Assembly: GCA_009776515.1 (NCBI GenBank)
Contig: WRNP01000034.1
Span: forward strand, 1-14,274
DNA length: 14,274 nt
Direction: 5' to 3'
Origin: Dehalococcoidia bacterium
Lineage (GTDB): Bacteria > Chloroflexota > Dehalococcoidia > Dehalococcoidales > UBA1222
Shown one piece after another: positions 8,249 to 14,274 of this stretch. The first letter of the stretch is position 1, and each line of letters starts with the position of its first letter. Position numbers and translations under genes: made by a program. The notes beneath the pieces are model-generated. The model was not told the DNA's origin. It ran no database searches and saw nothing but the letters and a program-made list of their open reading frames with translations.

Positions 8249-10183
8249 ATGATGAGTTGTTTTGTATTTTTAAAAGAGGACTTCTCCGATCTTGCGAATA
8301 TGGGTGCTCTAGCCGAAGGCTATTTATATGCCGACCCCAATGGATGCCTGTACAAAATGGGAATACTCGCTGAAACCATTGTAAATTACATATTTGAGAT
8401 AGAGAAAATCAAACCTTCCGCCAGTGATAACACCCAAGCTAACAGAACTCAAACCCTTCTGCGGCTGGGATTTATCCCAAAGGAAATCAGCAGTTTATTA
8501 GACGTTATCCGCAAAAGTCGCAACGAGGCTGTTCACGCAGGTTATGACAGCATAGAACAATGCGAGACGTTGCTTCAGATAACGCATACTCTTTCGGTTT
8601 GGTTCATGCGGGTATATGGCAGCGATCCAAACTTTGAACCAGAAGCATTCGTACTTCCAGAGGATATGCGCGGACGGGCTGACTATCGCCAACTCTTAAT
8701 GGAAAATGAGAGAATGCTTGCAGAGCTTGAAGAGCTACAGGCGACTCTTTCTGCTCGCGCCATTAGACGAACTGATGCTATAGAACGTAGAAAGAATGCC
8801 GAATCGGCAACTCGAAACATGAGGTTATCGGATAGAGAGGCGCGATACCTAATTGACGAACAGTTGCGAAAAGTTGGATGGGAAGCTGATACGCAAAACC
8901 TCCGCTATTCGAAGGGTACACGTCCAGAGATGGGTCGCAGTATTGCAATTGCCGAGTGGCCGACTGATTTAACTGTGTGCAAATGGGGATACGCAGATTA
9001 CGCCCTTTTCGTGGGGTTGAAGTTAGTCGGTGTAGTTGAGGCTAATGCAAACCGTAAAGCCATGGCCTCATCTTTCGACAACCAATGCCGCGAATACAGC
9101 ATGGGCATAAAAGACGAGCATCTTGGCTATGTGATCAACGCATGGGGTGAATACAAAGTGCCTTTTCTGTTTGCTACGAATGGCAAACTGTATTCTGGTC
9201 AGTCTGAAGCGGAATCTGGGGTTTGGTTCCGTGATGCCCGCAATGCCGAGAATGCTCCGAAGGTTCTTCACGGCTGGATCGATCCCCATAGCTTGCTCGG
9301 TATGTTGAAGCGAGATATCTTGGCGGCCAACCAAAGGCTTGTGAGATATTCATACAATATGCTGATTGACGATGACGGACTAAGCCTTCGCCCTTATCAG
9401 GTAGAAGCCGTAGAGAAAACTGAAGCTGCTGTATTGGCAGGGCAGCAAGCCGTATTGCTGTCTATGGTGCCAGGTACAGGAAAAACGAGAACCATTCTTG
9501 GCATCATTCATCGTTTTTTGAAAACCAAGCGCTTCCAAAAAGTTCTGCTTCTCGTTGAAAACGACGCACAGTGCGAAGAAGCGCTTCGCGCCTTGCAAGA
9601 GACAAGAACAGAAGGCCAGATGAGTTTTGGTGAAATCTACGATGTGGGAAGCTTTACCAGCAACGATGTCGACAGTAATACTAAAGTCCATGTGGCAACC
9701 ATCAAGAGCCTTATCGAGCACATCATTTACAATGATTCGGAATCCATTCTTTCTGTCGCAGCCTATGATCTCATCATCATAACCGAAGCCTGCCGCGAAA
9801 AAGACGACTACACTCATGATTACTATCCGGCGATTGATTACTTTGATGCCACCATAATCGCCATGACCTCCACGCCAACTCCAGAAACTGCAGAGGCGTT
9901 TGGCGAACCAGTATTCTCCTACACCTATCATCAAGCTGCGGTAGATGGCTATCTTGCCGGGCACGAAGCCCCACGAGAAAGCGAAGTAAAACCAAGCGAA
10001 TCCTGCGGGGTAGCCAGTTCAACCAGTCCAGCCACGCGCAACAAAACCGTTACTTGCGGCATGGAAGAGGCCGAGAGAGTCGCATCTCAGCTAGAAAAAG
10101 CTGCCGGACTAATATCAAGTGCAGCAGAATGGTTAAGCAACATCGCAAGGGACAGCGATGATGGGGTAGCTGGGCGCAGTTAG
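8249..10183 (+). CDS. Type I restriction enzyme R-subunit-like protein (DUF4145 N-domain + HsdR_N PD-(D/E)xK nuclease + ResIII helicase N-lobe), degenerate and C-terminally truncated. Probable pseudogene or repurposed remnant.
   Basis: The N-domain 'LAEGYLYADPNGCLYKMGILAETIVNYIF...DVIRKSRNEAVHAGY' resembles DUF4145. The HsdR_N-like segment is 'GYADYALFVGLKLVGVVEANANRK', with the usual E-A-K lysine replaced by N. The helicase motif I is intact (LRPYQ...MVPGTGKTRT), motif II reads DLIIITEAC instead of DxxxxDEAH, and motif III is AMTSTPTPE followed by ...DGYL. No helicase C-lobe is present. The last ~70 aa (RESEVKPSESCGVASSTSPATRNK...) are low-complexity and unrelated. The ORF frame opens at GTG 8237, but the ATG at 8249 is better spaced from the GGGAG Shine-Dalgarno sequence. 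Confidence 0.6.
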   Translation: MMSCFVFLKEDFSDLANMGALAEGYLYADPNGCLYKMGILAETIVNYIFEIEKIKPSASDNTQANRTQTLLRLGFIPKEISSLLDVIRKSRNEAVHAGYDSIEQCETLLQITHTLSVWFMRVYGSDPNFEPEAFVLPEDMRGRADYRQLLMENERMLAELEELQATLSARAIRRTDAIERRKNAESATRNMRLSDREARYLIDEQLRKVGWEADTQNLRYSKGTRPEMGRSIAIAEWPTDLTVCKWGYADYALFVGLKLVGVVEANANRKAMASSFDNQCREYSMGIKDEHLGYVINAWGEYKVPFLFATNGKLYSGQSEAESGVWFRDARNAENAPKVLHGWIDPHSLLGMLKRDILAANQRLVRYSYNMLIDDDGLSLRPYQVEAVEKTEAAVLAGQQAVLLSMVPGTGKTRTILGIIHRFLKTKRFQKVLLLVENDAQCEEALRALQETRTEGQMSFGEIYDVGSFTSNDVDSNTKVHVATIKSLIEHIIYNDSESILSVAAYDLIIITEACREKDDYTHDYYPAIDYFDATIIAMTSTPTPETAEAFGEPVFSYTYHQAAVDGYLAGHEAPRESEVKPSESCGVASSTSPATRNKTVTCGMEEAERVASQLEKAAGLISSAAEWLSNIARDSDDGVAGRS

Positions 10184-10196
10184 CAAAATCTATGTC

Positions 10197-10367
10197 GTGC
10201 GTTACGATGGACAGGTATCCGCCAAGCATGTTTTTGTGGAAGAGGATAAGGTTGTCCTGCGGTCATCCAATCCGGCTTTTCAGGATATCGTGCTTGAGGT
10301 AACAGACGAGTTGCCTATTGATGTCATGGGCCGAGTAGTAAAGATCGTCCACATGATGGACGTATAG
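10197..10367 (+). pseudogene. Orphan C-terminal fragment of an S24 (LexA/UmuD/phage-CI-like) peptidase beta-barrel domain.
   Basis: 'VRYDGQVSAKHVFVEEDKVVLRSSNPAFQDIVLEVTDELPIDVMGRVVKIVHMM' aligns with the LexA C-terminus (GQVVVARIDDEVTVKRL...LLPENSEFKPIVVD......IEGLAVGVIR). The frame is open only from 10170. No upstream frame contains the G-S-M catalytic Ser region or an HTH domain. Confidence 0.5.
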
Positions 10368-10376
10368 GAGGATGAG

Positions 10377-10688
10377 ATGGGAGAAGATGCCCAAAAACAA
10401 CCGCCTCCGCCTTTAGTTGAGTATAGAGTTGACGGTGCAGCGGAGAGCGCCCTGATTGCATTCTCAAATAGTTGGCATAAAACAGAGAGACACGCGCATG
10501 TCCTACTGCCTTGTTCCTTTCAGTTTGTGGATTTCTTTAGTGATTTGTTAGAAATTGAGGCGCAGAATGAGGGAGATTCGGGCTCGGTGATGGTCTCGAT
10601 CTATTACAAGGGACGGCTTGTGGCATCAAAAGCCAAGGCAGGCCCATACAAAAAAGTTAAGGTCAGTGCCAAGCTCTACCGGCCGTAA
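10377..10688 (+). CDS. Hypothetical protein, 103 aa.
   Basis: A strong RBS (taggagg) sits 6 nt upstream of the ATG. The ORF starts 10 nt after the S24-fragment stop. I see no recognisable motif, and it has a Lys-rich C-terminus. Confidence 0.5.
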   Translation: MGEDAQKQPPPPLVEYRVDGAAESALIAFSNSWHKTERHAHVLLPCSFQFVDFFSDLLEIEAQNEGDSGSVMVSIYYKGRLVASKAKAGPYKKVKVSAKLYRP

Positions 10689-10729
10689 ATCAAACTAAAA
10701 GGAGGCAAGCCCTAGGTTCGCTTTCCTAT

Positions 10730-10778
10730 TGAATGGTTTGCATTCAGAGGGTCGGGGGTTCGAATCCCGCGTGTGCTT
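10730..10778 (+). other. tRNA-derived 3' fragment or pseudo-tRNA (tRNA-Ala(TGC)-like anticodon arm, variable loop, T-arm and 3' acceptor strand). There is no D-arm or 5' acceptor strand.
   Basis: A canonical T-loop GGTTCGAATCC at 10757-10767 is flanked by GGGGG/CCCGC, which has one mismatch. An upstream TGAAT-GGTTTGC-ATTCA hairpin contains TTTGCA, as in tRNA-Ala(UGC). The 3' strand GTGTGCT has no complementary 5' strand upstream. Confidence 0.4.
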
Positions 10779-10897
10779 GTTTTAGCATCCACTGGGAGAC
10801 ACATTCGGATTTGCTCTAGTGAGAGATGGGCGCTTCAGAGACCGTGTCTGTATATCTTTTTGTCTGCTTTGTACTTTTCCACTTTTCTACCAAGAGG

Positions 10898-10906
10898 TGC
10901 TATACT
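10898..10906 (+). promoter_or_regulatory. Extended -10 promoter element (TGcTATACT) for tRNA-Met.
   Basis: TGnTATACT lies ~40 nt upstream of the tRNA-Met 5' end. There is no clear -35, which is acceptable for extended -10 promoters. Confidence 0.35.
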
Positions 10907-10947
10907 AATCGAATTGCTAGGGTAGCGCCTAGATTCCGATGTTTTCA

Positions 10948-11021
10948 GGGGCTCGTAGCTCAGTGGTTAGAGCAGGCGGCTCATAACCGCTCGGTCGTAG
11001 GTTCGAATCCTACCGAGCCCA
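10948..11021 (+). tRNA. tRNA-Met (anticodon CAT), elongator-type; tRNA-Ile2 (lysidine) cannot be excluded. CCA is not encoded.
   Basis: Manual fold: acceptor GGGGCTC/GAGCCCC with G1-C72 paired, D-arm AGCTCAGTGGTTAGAGC, anticodon stem GGCGG/CCGCT with loop CTCATAA, variable loop CGGTC, T-arm GTAGG-TTCGAAT-CCTAC, discriminator A. It lacks the GGG/CCC anticodon stem and the 1:72 mismatch of initiator tRNA. Confidence 0.88.
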
Positions 11022-11089
11022 TTGTTACTGTTGTTGCGGGTCAGTTATGATAAGTATTGCACAACAAGTACAAAAGGAAGGTTGGTTAA

Positions 11090-11311
11090 ATGCCATTTAT
11101 AATTGGACCACTGGAAGCAATTCTGTTCTTAATTACCCTGCTTATTGTTATCGCGCCTGTTATTTTCATCGTTTTCATCGTGGTATGGTTATCTTCACGA
11201 AGTAAGAAGACCAACAAAAGCGCCATAGATCTAGCCAAAGAGCGTTATGCCAAAGGCGAGATTTCCAAAGACGAGTTTGAAGAAATTAAGAGTAATCTTG
11301 CCGAACAATGA
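11090..11311 (+). CDS. Membrane-anchored SHOCT-domain protein.
   Basis: One TM helix (ILFLITLLIVIAPVIFIVFIVVWL) is followed by the C-terminal motif 'LAKERYAKGEISKDEFEEIKSNL', typical of SHOCT (short C-terminal domain). An RBS aggaagg precedes the ATG. Confidence 0.65.
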   Translation: MPFIIGPLEAILFLITLLIVIAPVIFIVFIVVWLSSRSKKTNKSAIDLAKERYAKGEISKDEFEEIKSNLAEQ

Positions 11312-11437
11312 CGGCCAAAGAACACAGCGTTTAACGCCGGCGCATCCTTGCGCCATTGTCGGTAGGGCATCTCTTGACATAACGGAAAGTTGCTCTGCTA
11401 CACCAAATATGGGATTTATTAAACTACTGGAGGCGAC

Positions 11438-13291
11438 ATGAACACTCTGGGCATCGTTGGACTGGGCATAATTGGCTTGATCTGTCTGTATTGCCTGCTT
11501 GGCTTCTTTTTAATAGGTGCCAGCGAAGTTGGCATCCTTACCAAAAAGATGTTGGGTAAGAAAATGCCTAAGGGGCAGATTATCGCCAGAGCTGGTGAAA
11601 TAGGCATTCAGGCAGACACTCTTGCCCCGGGACTTTATTGGAGGTTCCCCCTGTTTTGGAAGATCAAGAAAGTAAAAGTTGTCATTATTGAACCCGGGAA
11701 AATAGGGGTCGTTAAGGCCATTGATGGCAAGACTATTCTGTCCAATCGGCTCCTTGGGGACGAAGTAGAGTGCAACTCCTTTCAAGATGCCAGAGCTTTT
11801 TTGAGCAACGGCGGTTATCGCGGCCCACAGGTTGGGATATTAACGCCGGGTGCCTATCGTATCAACATTTCGGCTTTTGAGGTGTCGGTGAGAAACGCCG
11901 TCACCGTCGGCGAAAACCAAATAGGGGTGGGCATTGCCTTGGATGGCATCATCCTCCCCACAAATTATGTTATTGCCCCCAAACCCTCAAACGCCGAGAA
12001 CTTCAACCTATTCCAAGGCGGACAGGATTTTTTGGATAAGAACGGATATCGCGGTCCGCAATTGGATACTATCCAGCCGGGAACCTACTATATCAATCCG
12101 CTGCTCTTTGACGTTAAAATATTCGATATTGTCGATGTTCCCCCAGGATATGTTGCCGTCATAAGATCCAATGTCGGCGCTGAACTGGAACACACCATCA
12201 GGACTCCGGTGGATGCCAAGTCAGACGGAGCCATGAAGGGCGTTATCCATGATAGGATAGAGACTCTGCTGACGACCGATAAATTTACGCGCGGTATCTG
12301 GGAAGAGCCGGTAGCCCCGGGAAAATACAACCTCAATCCGATTGCCTACACTCCTTATATGGTTCCGACATCGGCTGTAACCATAGATTGGGCTTCTGAG
12401 GGCAGGATTGGCACCAAAGTACACAGCGTACAAAATGAGGGGGTGCTTTATAAATTCGATCCCCTCAAGGTTACCTCGAAGGATGGCTTCCAGCTCGGGG
12501 TCAATATTCGCATGATCATCCGCATTCCCCCCAAAAATGCCGCTTTCGTTATCCAGCGGTTTGGTTCTATTGACAATCTTATTGATCAGATTGTCCATCC
12601 GTTGATTGATTCTTCTTTTAGAAATAAGGCCGGCGAAAAGAGGGCCATCGATTTCTTCCAGAGCAGAGAGGATATTCAACGCGATGCCCTGGAGCACGCC
12701 GTAGAGGTGTTTGATAAGTACAATATCGATGCCCAAAACCTGTTGGTAGCCTATATCGACATCCCCAAGGATTTGCTTGATACTCAGACCAAGAAAGAAA
12801 TCGCCATCCAGCAGAAAGAACAGTTCAATCAGGAAGCCGAAGCTCAGGAGCGGCTGATCGCCGTCAAGGAGAAGTCAGCACGGGCTGAGATGCAGCAGAA
12901 GGTGATTGATGCTGAGCTGAGTATTGATATCCACAAGAACATGGCCAAGGCACTGGTGGAGAAGGCCAAGGGCGATAAAGATGCCATGATTGAGCAAGCC
13001 CGGGGCTCACGGGAGGCCCAAATCGAAAAGGCCAAAGGCGAAGAGCAGGCAATTCGTCTGGTTGCCGAGGCCAACGCCCATAAGAGCATCGTAGAGGGCA
13101 AGGGCATTGCCGAGGCATATGAAGTGCAGAAGAAAGCCATTGGCCAAGAGAACGTCTACATGATTGAGCTCATGAAAGAAATATCCCGGGGCGGCATCAA
13201 GATTGTCCCGGAGATCATGGTTGGCGAAGGCAAGGGCGGACTAGTTGATGCGGCCCTGGCTAATCTGCTGAAGAAAGACGCGAATAAATAG
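11438..13291 (+). CDS. Flotillin-family SPFH (band 7) membrane protein with an N-terminal TM helix, three ~70-aa repeats, an SPFH domain, and an Ala/Glu/Lys-rich coiled-coil tail.
   Basis: An N-terminal TM helix (LGIVGLGIIGLICLYCLLGFFLIGA) is followed by three repeats built on a PG.Y.IN motif. A ~180-aa SPFH-like core runs (PGKYNLNPIAY...KDGFQLGVNIRMIIRI...IDSSFRNKAGEKRAIDFF.SREDIQRDALEHAVEVFDKYNIDAQNLLVAYIDIP). The tail has a flotillin-type EA-rich coiled coil (EAEAQERLIAVKEK...EAQIEKAKGEEQAIRLVAEANAHK) and a C-terminal 'KIVPEIMVGEGKGG' resembling the FloT-type ending. Confidence 0.75.
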   Translation: MNTLGIVGLGIIGLICLYCLLGFFLIGASEVGILTKKMLGKKMPKGQIIARAGEIGIQADTLAPGLYWRFPLFWKIKKVKVVIIEPGKIGVVKAIDGKTILSNRLLGDEVECNSFQDARAFLSNGGYRGPQVGILTPGAYRINISAFEVSVRNAVTVGENQIGVGIALDGIILPTNYVIAPKPSNAENFNLFQGGQDFLDKNGYRGPQLDTIQPGTYYINPLLFDVKIFDIVDVPPGYVAVIRSNVGAELEHTIRTPVDAKSDGAMKGVIHDRIETLLTTDKFTRGIWEEPVAPGKYNLNPIAYTPYMVPTSAVTIDWASEGRIGTKVHSVQNEGVLYKFDPLKVTSKDGFQLGVNIRMIIRIPPKNAAFVIQRFGSIDNLIDQIVHPLIDSSFRNKAGEKRAIDFFQSREDIQRDALEHAVEVFDKYNIDAQNLLVAYIDIPKDLLDTQTKKEIAIQQKEQFNQEAEAQERLIAVKEKSARAEMQQKVIDAELSIDIHKNMAKALVEKAKGDKDAMIEQARGSREAQIEKAKGEEQAIRLVAEANAHKSIVEGKGIAEAYEVQKKAIGQENVYMIELMKEISRGGIKIVPEIMVGEGKGGLVDAALANLLKKDANK

Positions 13292-13388
13292 TTGTCATAA
13301 TGGCAGTCTAATTGGGCAGATGAGGAGATGAAGGTGCCTAAGTTATGCGTGAGGAAATTGCAAAATCACTCGGCTGGGGGACAGACCT

Positions 13389-14138
13389 GTGATTGATACC
13401 ATACTACTTGATCTTGACGGGACTTTGCTCAACGTCCATAAAGAGGCATTCCTCGGTACCTATCTGAGCGAACTAAAAAAGGTGTTCGCTAGGTTGGGCA
13501 TGGATGCGGAGTTATCTATCAAGGCGGTGTTGGCCGGCACACAAGCCATGATCGCCAATGATGGAAGTGCCTTCAACTCGCAAAGGTTCTGGGAAGCATT
13601 TGCAGAGTTCCTAGGAATCAACGACGAGCAACGCAAAGACATCGAAGCTGCGTGCGACAGTTTCTATGCAAATGAGTTCGATGTCGTAAAATCAGTGGTA
13701 GAGCCAAGCGATATCCCGAAGAGACTTGTACGGGCATTGAGACCCAAGGGATACACCGTTGTGTTGGCTACGAACCCACTATTTCCGGCTTGTGCCGTCG
13801 CGACTCGGTTGTCATGGGCTGGGCTTGAGGCGCAAGACTTTTCATATGCTACCCATTACGCAAACAGTACGTTCTGCAAACCAAACCTCGGGTATTACCG
13901 CGAGATATTCGCAAAAATCGGCAAAGAGCCTGCACAGTGTCTCATGGCGGGCAACAGTCTGGCGGAGGACATGTGCGCTGGGGCACTCGGGGCGTCCACC
14001 TTTTTGGTGACAGACTGCATAGAAAATAAGATAAAAGCGGATATCGCCGCGCATCAAAATGGTACACTGGCTGAGCTGGAGGAATACTTGATGGAATTGC
14101 CGGATATTGTGGGTGGGGAGGACAAACGCCGCGCCTAG
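13389..14138 (+). CDS. HAD-superfamily hydrolase.
   Basis: GTG start. The N-terminal motif I is 'ILLDLDGTLL' (DxDGT), and a late 'LMAGNSLAEDM' resembles motif IV (G-D/N-x-x-D). An RBS-like 'gggggac' lies upstream. Confidence 0.75.
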   Translation: MIDTILLDLDGTLLNVHKEAFLGTYLSELKKVFARLGMDAELSIKAVLAGTQAMIANDGSAFNSQRFWEAFAEFLGINDEQRKDIEAACDSFYANEFDVVKSVVEPSDIPKRLVRALRPKGYTVVLATNPLFPACAVATRLSWAGLEAQDFSYATHYANSTFCKPNLGYYREIFAKIGKEPAQCLMAGNSLAEDMCAGALGASTFLVTDCIENKIKADIAAHQNGTLAELEEYLMELPDIVGGEDKRRA

Positions 14139-14228
14139 ATTGACATAATGGCATGGAAGCTAATTCGCTATATGTTAATCACTAACTTTCACAATTTACC
14201 CCGATAGCTCATCCTTTCCAGGGATAAC

Positions 14229-14267
14229 AGCCGGCTGATTATCTGTGTAATCAGCCGGCTTTCTGTT
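14229..14267 (+). terminator. Rho-independent terminator: a perfect 13-bp stem (AGCCGGCTGATTA / TAATCAGCCGGCT) with a 6-nt loop, followed by TTTCTGTT.
   Basis: A perfect inverted repeat at 14229-14241 / 14248-14260 is followed by a T-rich tract on the + strand only. Confidence 0.55.
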
Positions 14268-14274
14268 GCATTCA

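Noticed and set aside
9380-9964. 194-aa ORF on the - strand inside the HsdR-like gene.
   Set aside because: It is an antisense shadow ORF of the ResIII-like region, with no motif or translational signals.
10754-10770. Shared GGGTTCGAATCCCG between the tRNA-Gly 3' end and the tRNA-like fragment, as a possible att direct repeat.
   Set aside because: The shared string is essentially the conserved T-loop and stem present in many tRNAs. tRNA-Met shares 11 nt of it as well. It is insufficient on its own to call att sites.
10826-11050. 74-aa ORF on the + strand spanning tRNA-Met.
   Set aside because: It reads through the tRNA-Met gene (AQWLEQAAHNRSVVGSNPTEP is the tRNA sequence translated), so it is not coding.
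12221-12736. 171-aa ORF on the - strand inside the flotillin-like gene (plus the shorter 12008..12193 and 12088..12336 - ORFs).
   Set aside because: These are antisense to a CDS with strong family-level support. There are no start-site signals.
1-14274. CRISPR arrays, IS elements, transposases, integrases and rRNA genes.
   Set aside because: No regularly spaced direct repeats are present. No ORF has a DDE transposase or tyrosine/serine recombinase motif, and no rRNA-like sequence was seen.

Overview
This is a 14.3-kb bacterial chromosomal segment of about 50% GC. Every supported gene, and all three tRNAs, sit on the + strand. The first ~7.5 kb looks like ordinary housekeeping and detoxification genes. 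It begins with a GltD-like FAD/NAD(P) oxidoreductase (5' partial) followed by a standalone NuoG/FdhA-N-terminal-like [2Fe-2S]/[4Fe-4S] protein. Then come tRNA-Pro(TGG), a lipoprotein built from two tandem ~90-aa repeats, tag (3-methyladenine glycosylase I), sfsA, a PNPOx-like FMN-binding protein, a translationally coupled nitroreductase, a dGTPase-family HD-domain hydrolase, and tRNA-Gly(TCC) with a clear sigma70-type promoter. Between tRNA-Gly and tRNA-Met(CAT), roughly 7.56 to 10.95 kb, the sequence looks like a decayed accessory or defence island. It holds a small 4-TM membrane protein and a type-I-restriction R-subunit-like ORF (DUF4145 N-domain, HsdR_N nuclease, ResIII helicase N-lobe). 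That ORF carries substitutions in its catalytic motifs and ends in an unrelated tail. Next is an orphan C-terminal fragment of an S24 (LexA/UmuD-like) peptidase, then a well-signalled 103-aa hypothetical ORF, then a tRNA-Ala-like 3' fragment lacking a 5' half. The last third encodes a membrane-anchored SHOCT-domain protein, a 617-aa flotillin/SPFH-family protein with an unusual triple-repeat N-terminal region, and a HAD-family hydrolase. The HAD gene is flanked by two copies of a ~14-nt motif and followed by a strong terminator hairpin. I found no CRISPR array, no transposase, and no rRNA.
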